The position numbers were made by a program, and so were the translations under genes. DNA of 64,000 nucleotides from an uncultured Thermoleophilia bacterium (GTDB lineage: Bacteria; Actinomycetota; Thermoleophilia; Solirubrobacterales; 70-9), in NCBI GenBank assembly GCA_963838095.1, contig CAWIPO010000010.1, positions 25,423 through 89,422 of the forward strand. Reading direction: 5' to 3'. Below are positions 27,922-36,754 of this stretch, piece by piece (positions within the stretch are counted from its first letter, which is position 1; each line of letters opens with the position of its first letter). The notes below the pieces were generated by a model. That model worked only from the letters and a program-made list of their open reading frames with translations, did not search any database and had not been told where the DNA came from.

Positions 27922-28218
27922 ATGGCCGAGGTGACCGCCGAGGTTCGCGGGTACACCGCGGACAAGGAAGCCGTCCAGCGCAGGCTGCGCCGGATCGAGG
28001 GCCAGGTCCGGGGCGTCCAGGGGATGGTTGAAGACGAGCGCTACTGCATCGACGTCCTCACCCAGATCACCGCGATCCAGGCCGCGCTCGACAAGGTTGC
28101 GCTGGAGCTGCTGGAGGGCCACACCGAGACCTGCGTCGTCGGCGCCGAGCCCGAGCTCCAGGAGGAGCGCACCCAGGAGCTGATGGGCGCGGTCAGGCGC
28201 CTGCTGCGTGCGGGCTAG
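27922..28218 (+). CDS. csoR: CsoR/RcnR family metal-sensing repressor (copper-type C-H-C ligands)
   Basis: ORF 27922..28218: [28 protein letters not shown]...LLEGHTETC. Confidence 0.85.
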   Translation: MAEVTAEVRGYTADKEAVQRRLRRIEGQVRGVQGMVEDERYCIDVLTQITAIQAALDKVALELLEGHTETCVVGAEPELQEERTQELMGAVRRLLRAG

Positions 28219-28219
28219 C

Positions 28220-29074
28220 TCAACCCCGCAGCGCCCGGGCGACGAGCCAGTCCATCGTCCGGTCGGGAACCCGCTTCGCGATCGCCCAGCGTGCCTTCGC
28301 CTCGCGCCCGATCATGTAGCGGGTCTTCGGACTTGGCGCGGTCAGCGCGTCGGCGATCCGATCGGCGACCTCCTCCGGGGGAACGCCGCTCTCGGCGAGC
28401 TTGGTGATTTCGCCGCGGACCGCGCGCAGGAAGACGCCGTAGTTCTCGTGCGCCTCGGGCGGCAGCCCGGCCTCCATCTCGTCGGCGTCCACCAGCGCCT
28501 TGTCCCAGATCGGAGTCTTCACCGCACCGGGCTCGATCAGCGAGACGGAGACCCCCTGCGGGCGCAGCTCGCGGCGAAGCGAATCCGACAGCCCCTCGAG
28601 CGCGAACTTCGATGCGGTGTAGGGGCCGTTCAGGGGGATCGCAACCCGGCCGCCGATCGAGCTCAGGTTGACGATCCGGCCGCGTGCCCGTCTAAGCATC
28701 GGCAGGAAGGCCTGGATCATCGCGAACTGGCCGACCAGGTTCACCTCCAGCATCTGGCGGAAGCGCTCGACCTTCACATGTTCGACCGGGCCCCCGAAAC
28801 CGATCCCCGCGTTGTTGACGAGCCCGGCGAGCTTGCCGCCGCTTGCCTCGTCGATGCGCTCGACGGCGGCGAAGATCGTGTCCTCGTCGGTGACGTCGAC
28901 GATCAGCGGCTGCAGGCGGTCGGAGGCCCCGGCCTGAAGCGGTTCGCCGTCGGCGGGATTCCGCACCCCGGCGAAGACAGTGAAGCCGATCTGGTCGAGC
29001 TTCAGCGCGGTCGCCCGGCCGATCCCGGTCGAGCTGCCGGTGACGAGAACGGTTCCGAGGGCTGCGTCAGCCAT
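28220..29074 (-). CDS. short-chain dehydrogenase/reductase
   Basis: Within ORF 28220..29146, starting at ATG 29074, with VLVTGSSTGIGRA, NNAG and YTASKFAL. Confidence 0.85.
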   Translation of the reverse strand: MADAALGTVLVTGSSTGIGRATALKLDQIGFTVFAGVRNPADGEPLQAGASDRLQPLIVDVTDEDTIFAAVERIDEASGGKLAGLVNNAGIGFGGPVEHVKVERFRQMLEVNLVGQFAMIQAFLPMLRRARGRIVNLSSIGGRVAIPLNGPYTASKFALEGLSDSLRRELRPQGVSVSLIEPGAVKTPIWDKALVDADEMEAGLPPEAHENYGVFLRAVRGEITKLAESGVPPEEVADRIADALTAPSPKTRYMIGREAKARWAIAKRVPDRTMDWLVARALRG

Positions 29075-29100
29075 CGCGTTGCAATCTATTTGACCGGCGC

Positions 29101-30153
29101 TCAGCGCCAGGCGTTCCAATAGCCGTGCACACGGCGCTCGAAGCACTTTGGCGGCTCGGCGTAGAGATGATCGCCGAGCGCCAGTGCGCGCTTGATCAGC
29201 TTCTGCTGGCGGGCGGCGATCGCCTCTCGAAGCTCTTCACGGTCGGTGTCGGTCAGCGGCACCGCGGGGTCGCGAAGGTCCTCGCCCAGGACGGCGAGAT
29301 CGTGGTGGTCGCCCAGATGGTCGGCGAGCGCGTGCGCCTGGTCGCCCGTCTCGGCGAGCACGGGCTTCCAGGCGTTGCGGACGATCCGGAGTTGGTACCA
29401 GTGATCCTTGACGCGCTTTCGAAGCTCGTGGACGTTCTCCGCGCTCGGGTCGTCGCGGACCTCCTCGAAGCGATTGCGGCCGCGCCGGTAGGAGCGGACC
29501 AGGCCTTCGGCGACCAGTCCCCAGCCGTTCGTCTTCAGCTTCCAGTCTTCGAGCGCCTCCATCCCGGCCTCGATCTCCGAGGCGGTGCTTTCGGCCGCGG
29601 CGGTGAGCGCGTCGCCGGCTAACAGGTTGCGCTCCGACTCCAGCCTGCCGACGAGCGCGTCGAGCTCGGCGCCTCCCAGCTCCTCCTCGAAACGCTGCTG
29701 AAGCGAATTCAAGGTTGCGAGCTTCACCTCCGCGTCGCGTGCGCCTGAAAGCATCCGCCCGGCGTCGCGAAATCGCGTGTTCTCGCGCTGGTAGGCCTCC
29801 TCGCCGACCTCGTCGCGGACCAGGCGGAGCACCGATCTCAGCTTCTTCAGGTCCTTGCGTGCCTCGTGGACGGCCTTATCAGCGCTTTCGCCATCCGGTT
29901 GCTCGCGCAGGTGCTCCACCGCCGACTCCATCCGCCCGAGAGCAATCCGGCGCACTCCTTCGGTTGGGGACTCGCTGCCTCTAAGCCGGTACTTGCGGGC
30001 GCGACGGAGATCGTTGTCGCGGCCGTCAGCCGCGCGACGGATCGCGACCGCGCCGGCGGCCGCCGTTCCCGCCACCGCGGTGGCGGCGGCGATTTCCTTC
30101 GCTTTCGGGATTGCCATGAAGCGCGAAGCTTTCGTTCGAATAGGCGCTGTCAC
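29101..30153 (-). CDS. CHAD domain protein (possibly the C-terminal part of a CYTH-CHAD fusion)
   Basis: ORF 29101..30153, with VHEARKDLKKLRSVLRL and VHELRKRVKDHWYQLRI helices typical of CHAD. Confidence 0.8.
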   Translation of the reverse strand: MTAPIRTKASRFMAIPKAKEIAAATAVAGTAAAGAVAIRRAADGRDNDLRRARKYRLRGSESPTEGVRRIALGRMESAVEHLREQPDGESADKAVHEARKDLKKLRSVLRLVRDEVGEEAYQRENTRFRDAGRMLSGARDAEVKLATLNSLQQRFEEELGGAELDALVGRLESERNLLAGDALTAAAESTASEIEAGMEALEDWKLKTNGWGLVAEGLVRSYRRGRNRFEEVRDDPSAENVHELRKRVKDHWYQLRIVRNAWKPVLAETGDQAHALADHLGDHHDLAVLGEDLRDPAVPLTDTDREELREAIAARQQKLIKRALALGDHLYAEPPKCFERRVHGYWNAWR

Positions 30154-30568
30154 CGGTCACCTCCTGCCCGAACCAGTCCGGCGGCTCGAATGCTTGGCTA
30201 TCGCCCTCGGAGTCGAACTCGACCTCCACAGTGATCATTCCCTCCAACTCGCCTTCGTACACATCGGCCTCGAACGTGAGCTCGTCCTGATCGACGAAGT
30301 AACGGCGCTTGGCCACCCGCCGGCCCTCGGTCAGCGGCCAGAGGGCGTCGAACTGATCCTCTCCGAGCTCGATCTCGATCTCCTCCCGGGTCTCACCCGA
30401 CCCGCGCTTGACGGTGAGGCGAAGCGAGTCGCCGATCTGCCGCAGGCGCACCTCCTCCACGCCCTCGCTGATCGCGAGGTAGCCCTGGTCGATGTGCTCC
30501 GAGCGCTGTTCCGGCAGCCAGGGCGGGGCCTCTGGCGGCCGGAACTTGCGCTCGATCTCGAGGCTCAG
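30026..30568 (-). CDS. CYTH domain protein (triphosphate tunnel metalloenzyme); start uncertain
   Basis: Within ORF 30026..30634, with the EIERKF (ExExK) signature and EVEF. The last ~30 codons overlap the CHAD ORF and have poor third-position GC. A possible CTG start overlaps the SnoaL stop (CTGA). Confidence 0.7.
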   Translation of the reverse strand: MSLEIERKFRPPEAPPWLPEQRSEHIDQGYLAISEGVEEVRLRQIGDSLRLTVKRGSGETREEIEIELGEDQFDALWPLTEGRRVAKRRYFVDQDELTFEADVYEGELEGMITVEVEFDSEGDSQAFEPPDWFGQEVTGDSAYSNESFALHGNPESEGNRRRHRGGGNGGRRRGRDPSRG

Positions 30569-30999
30569 GTTGCCGCGGCTGCTTCCTGCTCGGGAATCGC
30601 GCCGATGTTCTGCATGAACTTGAGCACGTTCCACTGGCCCCAGGTCTCGGCGATCTTGCCGTCCTCGAAGCGGTCGATCGAGATTCCCTCGACCGGCTCA
30701 CCACGATCGCCCGTTGGCGCGAGCCCCATGAACTCGTTCTCCATCGTCCCGTTCGCCGACCAGCGGGCAACGACCTTGTCGCCTGCGGCGAAGATGTCGA
30801 GGATGGTGATCTCGAGATCGGGGAACGCGGCCCGGTAGCTCGCGATCGCCGCCTTGGCGGCCTCACGGTCGCGCTCGCCCTCGAGCGGGTCGTGGTCTAC
30901 GAAGTCATCGGTGGTTGTCTCGTCGATGACGTCCAGGTTTCCGTTGCTCCAGGCCTCTTCGAATGCGCGCCTGGCTGTGGCGATGTTCTCCTCGCTCAT
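30565..30999 (-). CDS. SnoaL-like / ester cyclase family protein
   Basis: Within ORF 30565..31029. ATG 30999 follows AAGGAGG: MSEENIATARRAFEEAWSNGNLDVIDE... Confidence 0.85.
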   Translation of the reverse strand: MSEENIATARRAFEEAWSNGNLDVIDETTTDDFVDHDPLEGERDREAAKAAIASYRAAFPDLEITILDIFAAGDKVVARWSANGTMENEFMGLAPTGDRGEPVEGISIDRFEDGKIAETWGQWNVLKFMQNIGAIPEQEAAAAT

Positions 31000-31095
31000 A
31001 CGGCCTCCTTGCGGATAGTGGGACTGCATCCGACCCTATACCCGCGGGCTCACCGGAACAAGGCGATTTCGTGAAGGGGCCGAGAAGCCGCCGGA

Positions 31096-31695
31096 TCAGT
31101 CGGGCAGCGGTGTCGCGCCCGGCGCGCGCAACCCGTCGATCGCCAGCGCGAGCAGGCGATCGAGGCGGAAGTACGGAAGCGACTGGCCGATGTGGTCGGT
31201 GCGTCCGAGGCTGCAGACGATCATCGGGATGTCCTCGCCGCGAAGGTCCTTGCGCAGGCGGCCTGCAGCCTGAGCGCGGGCGACCAGCTCGTCGTTCAGC
31301 TCCCACATTCCGGCGCGCCCCGCGGCATCCCTCATCAGCTCGGGACGGGACGCCATCACCTCTGAAAGCGCCTGGTCATCGGCCTGTATCTGGGCGCAGT
31401 AGCGGATGAAGTCGACGAACGCCTCCCAGGGGTCGTCGGCCTCGATCCCCTCTCGAGCGCGCTCGGCGACTCGCTCGAAGCGCTCGTCCATCAAAGCCTC
31501 GAGCAGGTCCTCCTTGTTGGGGAAGTGTCGGTAGACGGTGCCGACGCCGACGCCGGCGGCGCGGGCGATGTCGTCGATCTGCGCCTCGAGCCCGTGCTTG
31601 GCGAACAGCTTGTGCGCGGCGTCGATGACGAGCTTGTGGTTGCGTCTCGCATCGGCTCGGAGGGGGCGCTCGGCGATTTCGATCGTGGGGTTCAT
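31096..31695 (-). CDS. TetR family transcriptional regulator
   Basis: ORF 31096..31695, with the HTH region IDDIARAAGVGVGTVYRHFPNKEDLL. Confidence 0.9.
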   Translation of the reverse strand: MNPTIEIAERPLRADARRNHKLVIDAAHKLFAKHGLEAQIDDIARAAGVGVGTVYRHFPNKEDLLEALMDERFERVAERAREGIEADDPWEAFVDFIRYCAQIQADDQALSEVMASRPELMRDAAGRAGMWELNDELVARAQAAGRLRKDLRGEDIPMIVCSLGRTDHIGQSLPYFRLDRLLALAIDGLRAPGATPLPD

Positions 31696-31709
31696 CGGCG
31701 GAATGCAAA

Positions 31710-31725
31710 CGGAACTTCGATTCCG
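31710..31725. promoter_or_regulatory. candidate TetR operator box 1: CGGAA-CTTCGA-TTCCG
   Basis: A 5-6-5 inverted repeat 15 nt upstream of the TetR ATG. It is nearly identical to box 2. Confidence 0.45.
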
Positions 31726-31743
31726 TATAGTGGTAACCGAAAC

Positions 31744-31759
31744 CGGAACTCGACTTCCG
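31744..31759. promoter_or_regulatory. candidate TetR operator box 2: CGGAA-CTCGAC-TTCCG
   Basis: A second copy 34 nt from box 1, in the TetR/MFS divergent intergenic region. Confidence 0.45.
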
Positions 31760-31859
31760 ATTATGACAGAGATTGCGGACCGATGTCGATTCCGGAGTAC
31801 CCGTTCGTCTCACAGATGAGAGCCGGACAAGAAGGAACAACGAGCACGAAGGAGAGACG

Positions 31860-33335
31860 ATGACCACAGCACAGGAGTTCACACAGAGGCGTTGGCAGGC
31901 ACTGATCCTGCTGTGCGCGGCGCAGTTCATCGTCGTCCTCGATGCGTCGATTGTCAACGTCGCGCTTCCCTCGATAGGGATCGCGCTCGACTTCTCCCAG
32001 GAGAACCTCGCCTGGGTGGTGAACGCTTACGTGCTCACCTTCGGCGGCTTCCTGCTGCTCGGCGGCCGGATGGCCGACCTGCTCGGCCGCCGGCGGGTGT
32101 TCATCGCCGGGCTGCTGCTCGTCGCCGCGGCCTCGCTCGCTGCCGGCTTCGCCACAAATGAGGGGCAGCTGATCGCCGCTCGCGCAGCTCAGGGACTGGG
32201 CGCCGCGATCGTTTCGCCCGCGGCGCTATCGATCATCATGACCACGTTCCGCGACGGCTCCGAACGCAACAAGGCGCTGGGAGCGTGGGGTGCGGTCGCG
32301 GGAGCGGGCGGCGCTGCCGGCGTCCTCCTCGGCGGCATCCTCACCGACGGGCTCGGCTGGGAATGGGTGCTGTGGGTGAACGTGCCCGTGGCGCTGTTCG
32401 CCGCCGCGCTCGCTCCGCGGTTGATCGCCGAGAGCCGCTCCGAGTCCGCCAGCCGTCACTTCGATGCGGTTGGAGCGGTGACCGTCACCGCTGGCCTGTC
32501 CGTGCTCGTCTACGCGCTGGTCGACGCCACCAGCGCCGGCTGGGGATCGGCGCAGACGATCGGGCTGCTGGCGCTGTCGGCCGCACTGCTCGCGGGCTTC
32601 GTCGTCAACGAGCTGCGCTCGGAGGCGCCCCTGGTGCCGTTCCGGATCTTCCGGCTGCGGACGCTGACCGGGGCGAACATCGTCGGCCTCCTTGTCGGCG
32701 CGTCGCTGTTCTCGATGTTCTTCTTCATCACCCTGTACATGCAGCAGGTGCTCGGCTACAGCCCGATCGAAGCCGGGCTCGCCTACCTGCCGCTTGCGGT
32801 GGCGATCTTCGTCTCGTCCGGCATCGCGGCGGCGCTGGTGACCCGGGTCGGCTTCAAGCCGGTGCTCGCTACGGGGATGCTGTCCATCGCCACCGGGCTG
32901 CTTTGGTTCTCTCAGGTGTCCGTCGGCGGCAGCTTCACCAGCGACATCCTCGGCCCGTCGCTGCTGGCGGCGGTCGGCCTCGGCTTCGCCTTCGTGTCGA
33001 CCACGATCGCCGCGGTCTCCGGCGTCCGCGAGCAGGAGTCGGGACTGGCCAGCGGGCTGATCAACACCTCGCAACAGATCGGCGGCGCGCTCGGCCTCGC
33101 CGTGCTGGCGACGATCGCCACCACGCAGACCGACGACGCGATGCTGTCGGCCGGAGGCAACCCCGCGGAGCTGCCGAACGCGCTCACCGAGGGCTTTCAG
33201 GCTGCCTTCTTCGGCGGCGCGGTGATCGCGATGCTCGGATTCGTGCTCACGCTGGTGCTGATCCGGACCCGAGACAGCCGCGCGCATACGGAGCTGGGTG
33301 CGGCCGGCGGGCCGATCCCCGAGGGCGCCGGCTAG
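31860..33335 (+). CDS. MFS transporter, DHA2 (EmrB/QacA, 14-TMS) type
   Basis: Within ORF 31773..33335. ATG 31860 follows GAAGGAGAG: LDASIVNVALPSI...GGRMADLLGRRRVF. Confidence 0.9.
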   Translation: MTTAQEFTQRRWQALILLCAAQFIVVLDASIVNVALPSIGIALDFSQENLAWVVNAYVLTFGGFLLLGGRMADLLGRRRVFIAGLLLVAAASLAAGFATNEGQLIAARAAQGLGAAIVSPAALSIIMTTFRDGSERNKALGAWGAVAGAGGAAGVLLGGILTDGLGWEWVLWVNVPVALFAAALAPRLIAESRSESASRHFDAVGAVTVTAGLSVLVYALVDATSAGWGSAQTIGLLALSAALLAGFVVNELRSEAPLVPFRIFRLRTLTGANIVGLLVGASLFSMFFFITLYMQQVLGYSPIEAGLAYLPLAVAIFVSSGIAAALVTRVGFKPVLATGMLSIATGLLWFSQVSVGGSFTSDILGPSLLAAVGLGFAFVSTTIAAVSGVREQESGLASGLINTSQQIGGALGLAVLATIATTQTDDAMLSAGGNPAELPNALTEGFQAAFFGGAVIAMLGFVLTLVLIRTRDSRAHTELGAAGGPIPEGAG

Positions 33336-33336
33336 G

Positions 33337-33356
33337 GACGAACGGCAGCACCTCGG
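33337..33356 (-). repeat. intergenic motif copy (reverse orientation): GACGAACGGCAGCACCTCGG
   Basis: It starts 2 nt after the MFS stop. Confidence 0.6.
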
Positions 33357-33403
33357 CCGGAACCGCCGCGCCGTTGGCGGCGGCGCCGTAACTTACCGCC
33401 CTG

Positions 33404-35197
33404 ATGAGCACCGCTACCGACACTCCGGCGGCCGAGGCGGGCGCCGAGATCGCGCGCAGCGAGGTCCGCAGCGGCGAGGTGACGATCGCGGTCGAGGAGC
33501 GGGGTGATCCCTCGGCAACGTCGATCGTCCTCGTCCACGGGTATCCCGACACGCAGGCGATGTGGAGGCTCGTCGCCGAGCGCCTGGCCGATCGCTTCCA
33601 CGTGGTCACCTACGACGTCCGCGGCGCAGGCGACTCCACTGCTCCCGCGGGGTGGGCCGGATATTCATTCCGGCATCTGATCGAGGACGCCGGCGAGGTG
33701 ATCAGAGCCGTCGCGCCCGGCAAGCGGGTGCACCTGGTCGGCCACGACTGGGGAGCGATCCAGGGGTGGGAGGTCCTGGCCGACGATGCAACCGGGGAGC
33801 GAATCGCGTCGTTCACCTCGATCTCGGGCCCCCCGCTCGACCACATGGGCGACTGGGTCCGCCGCCGGCTCAGGCACCCGACGCTGAAGGGGCTGGCGCA
33901 GCTCGGCGGCCAGCTCCGGCGCTCGTGGTATCTGCTCCCGATCAGCGTGCCCGGGGTCCCCGAGCGGATGTGGCGCAGGGTGGGCGCGAGGCGCTGGCCG
34001 GAGGTGCTGTCGCGGATCGAGCACGCTCGAGTCGACGCCTCCTTTCCGGCGCCGACCCTGGCCACGGACGGCGGCCAGGGCGCTGGCCTGTACAGGCGGA
34101 ACATGGCTCCGCACCTGACGCGACGAAAGCGCCGGGCGCCGATCGAGACGCCGGTGCAGATCATCACCCCGAGCGGCGATCGCTTCGTCTCGCCGCACGC
34201 GCACGAAGGGCTCGAGGAGCGGATCCCCAACATCACCCACCGAAGAGTTGCCGGTGGGCACTGGGCGCCGCGCACCCACCCGGACCTGGTAGCCGGATGG
34301 GTCGCAGGCTTCGTCGACGACGTCGAGAGCGGCACTGCACCACGCACCCGGCGCCCGTTTGACACCGGTGGCGCGCGGCCGCTGGCCGGGCAGGTCGCAC
34401 TCGTCACCGGCGCCGGCAGCGGGATCGGCCGCGCCACCGCGCAGTCGCTCGCCCGCGCGGGAGCGGAGCTGATCGCGGTCGACATCAACCTGGACTCCGC
34501 GCGGGCGACGGCGGAGCTGCTGGCGGCGCACGGGGGCTCGGTCGAAGCCGCCCGTGCCGACGTCGGCGACCTGGATTCGATGCAGGCGCTGGCCGATTCG
34601 GTCGCCGCCGAGCACGGAGCCGTCGACATCCTCGTCAACAACGCCGGGATCGGGGTTGCCGGCCCGTTCCTGGATACGACCGTCGACGACTGGGAGCGCG
34701 TGCTCGAGGTCAACCTCTGGGGCGTGATCCACGGCTGTCGGCTGTTCGGGCGCCAGATGGTCGAGCGCGGGCAGGGCGGCCAGATCGTCAACATCGCCTC
34801 CATGTCCGCCTTCCAGCCATCGAAGGAGACGTCCGCATACTCGACCTCGAAGGCCGCGGTGCTGATGCTCAGCGAGTGCCTGCGCGCGGACCTCGCCGGG
34901 TACGGGATCGGGGTGTGCGCGATCTGCCCCGGATTCATCGCGACGCCGATCACCCGCGCCGCTCACTTCGTCGGCCGAAGTGACGAAGAGCAGGCAGAGC
35001 TTCGCCGGCGCGTCACCACTCTCTACGCGCGGCGCAACTTCAGCCCCGATCGGGTGGGCGAGGAGATCCTCGAGGCGGTGCTTCGCAACGACGCCGTCCG
35101 GTCGGTGGCGCCGGAAGCAAAGCTGATCCGCGGCCTCTCCCGCCTCAGCCCCGGGCTGCTGCGCGCCCTCGCCCGCGTCGACGCGATTCCCGGATGA
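33404..35197 (+). CDS. bifunctional alpha/beta (epoxide) hydrolase plus SDR fusion, EphD-like
   Basis: ORF 33404..35197. It has VHGYPD and VGHDWG (epoxide-hydrolase-type Asp nucleophile), then VTGAGSGIGRA, NNAG and YSTSKAAV. Confidence 0.85.
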   Translation: MSTATDTPAAEAGAEIARSEVRSGEVTIAVEERGDPSATSIVLVHGYPDTQAMWRLVAERLADRFHVVTYDVRGAGDSTAPAGWAGYSFRHLIEDAGEVIRAVAPGKRVHLVGHDWGAIQGWEVLADDATGERIASFTSISGPPLDHMGDWVRRRLRHPTLKGLAQLGGQLRRSWYLLPISVPGVPERMWRRVGARRWPEVLSRIEHARVDASFPAPTLATDGGQGAGLYRRNMAPHLTRRKRRAPIETPVQIITPSGDRFVSPHAHEGLEERIPNITHRRVAGGHWAPRTHPDLVAGWVAGFVDDVESGTAPRTRRPFDTGGARPLAGQVALVTGAGSGIGRATAQSLARAGAELIAVDINLDSARATAELLAAHGGSVEAARADVGDLDSMQALADSVAAEHGAVDILVNNAGIGVAGPFLDTTVDDWERVLEVNLWGVIHGCRLFGRQMVERGQGGQIVNIASMSAFQPSKETSAYSTSKAAVLMLSECLRADLAGYGIGVCAICPGFIATPITRAAHFVGRSDEEQAELRRRVTTLYARRNFSPDRVGEEILEAVLRNDAVRSVAPEAKLIRGLSRLSPGLLRALARVDAIPG

Positions 35198-36689
35198 CGC
35201 TGCCCGACCACACGCGCGTGGCGATCATCGGCGCAGGCTTCTCCGGGCTCTGCATGGCGATCCGCCTGATGCAGGAAGGAATCGACGACTTCGTCGTCCT
35301 CGAGCGCGGCGAGGAGGTCGGCGGCACCTGGCGCGACAACACCTACCCCGGCTGCCAGTGCGACATCCCCTCGGCGCTGTACTCGCTGTCGTTCGCGCCG
35401 AACCCGGACTGGACCCGGCTCTACCCGCTTCAGGAGGAGATCCGTGACTACCTGCAGGGAGTCGCCGCCGACTTCGGCGTGATGCCATACATCCGGCTCG
35501 GGCACGCGGCCACCGATGCAGCGTGGGACGACGACGCAAATCGATGGCAATTACAGACGTCCGAGGGCGACCTGACCGCGGACGTTCTCGTCGGCGGGAT
35601 GGGCGGGCTGACCGAGCCCTCGATCCCCGAAATTCCCGGGCTCGAGAGCTTCGAGGGGACGTTGTTCCACTCCGCCCGCTGGAACCACGACCACGACCTC
35701 AGCGGCGAGCGGGTCGCGGCGATCGGCACCGGGGCGTCGGCGATCCAGTTCGTGCCGATGATCCAGCCGCAGGTCGGAAAGCTGCACCTGTTCCAGCGCA
35801 CGCCGTCGTGGGTGATGCCGGACGCCGACCGCAGCTTGAGCGCATTCGAGCGGCGCATGTTTCGCCGCGTCCCGGCGACCCAGCGGATGCTGCGCGCGGG
35901 CCTCTACCTCCTGCACGAGATGACCGTGTTCGGGACGATCGTCGACCGGCGGCTGTCGAAGGGTCTGCAGATGATCGCCCGCCGGCACCTCGAGAAACAG
36001 GTCGAGGACCCGGAGCTGCGCGAGAAGCTGATGCCCGACTACATCATCGGCTGCAAGCGGATCACGATGTCCAACACCTATTACCCGGCGCTGACCCAGC
36101 CGAACGCCGAAGTCGTCACCGAGCCGATCCGCGAGATTCGCGCACACTCGATCGTGACCGAGGACGGGGTCGAGCGCGAGCTCGACACGATCATTCTCGC
36201 CACCGGCTTCCACGTCCACGACAACCCCGGGATGTCGCGAATCCGCGGCCGCGACGGGCGCTCGATGGCGCGAGACCTGGGAGGGGAGCCCGCGCGCCTA
36301 CATGGGCTCGACGGTCGCCGGCTTCCCGAACCTGTTCCTGCTCGTCGGCCCGAACAGCGCCGGCGGCTACAACTCGATCATCTTCACCATCGAGGCGCAC
36401 GTCAACTACGCCGTCGAGGCGATCAAGGCGATGGACCGGGAGGAACTGGGCGCGGTGGAGGTCCGTCCCGAGGTCTACGACGAGTTCAACCGCAAGGCCG
36501 AGAAGACGCTCACCGGAAGCGTCTGGAACGACGGCGGCTGCTCGAGCTGGTACCTCGACTCCAACGGCCGCAACGGGGTCTGGTGGCCCGGGTTCACATG
36601 GCGGCTGTGGCAGCGGACGCGGCGCTTCGAGCTCGGGGACTACGAGGTGCAGCGCGGCCGCGGCCGAGGCTCGGGCGCCCGTGGCGTAG
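35194..36689 (+). pseudogene. Baeyer-Villiger / flavin-containing monooxygenase (EthA-like); frameshift near 36275, 3' end uncertain
   Basis: ORF 35194.. carries IIGAGFSGL, the BVMO fingerprint FEGTLFHSARWNHD and IGTGASAIQ. It continues in ORF 36302.. at WEGSPRAYMGSTVAGFPNLFLLVGPN...FTWRLWQRTRRFELGDYEV. Its start overlaps the EphD-like stop (ATGA). Confidence 0.75.
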
Positions 36690-36754
36690 GTCCTCTTTCA
36701 GCGGCGATTCGATCTGCGATCATCCAAGTGCAGTGGGAGGGCGTTCGCAGGGAC

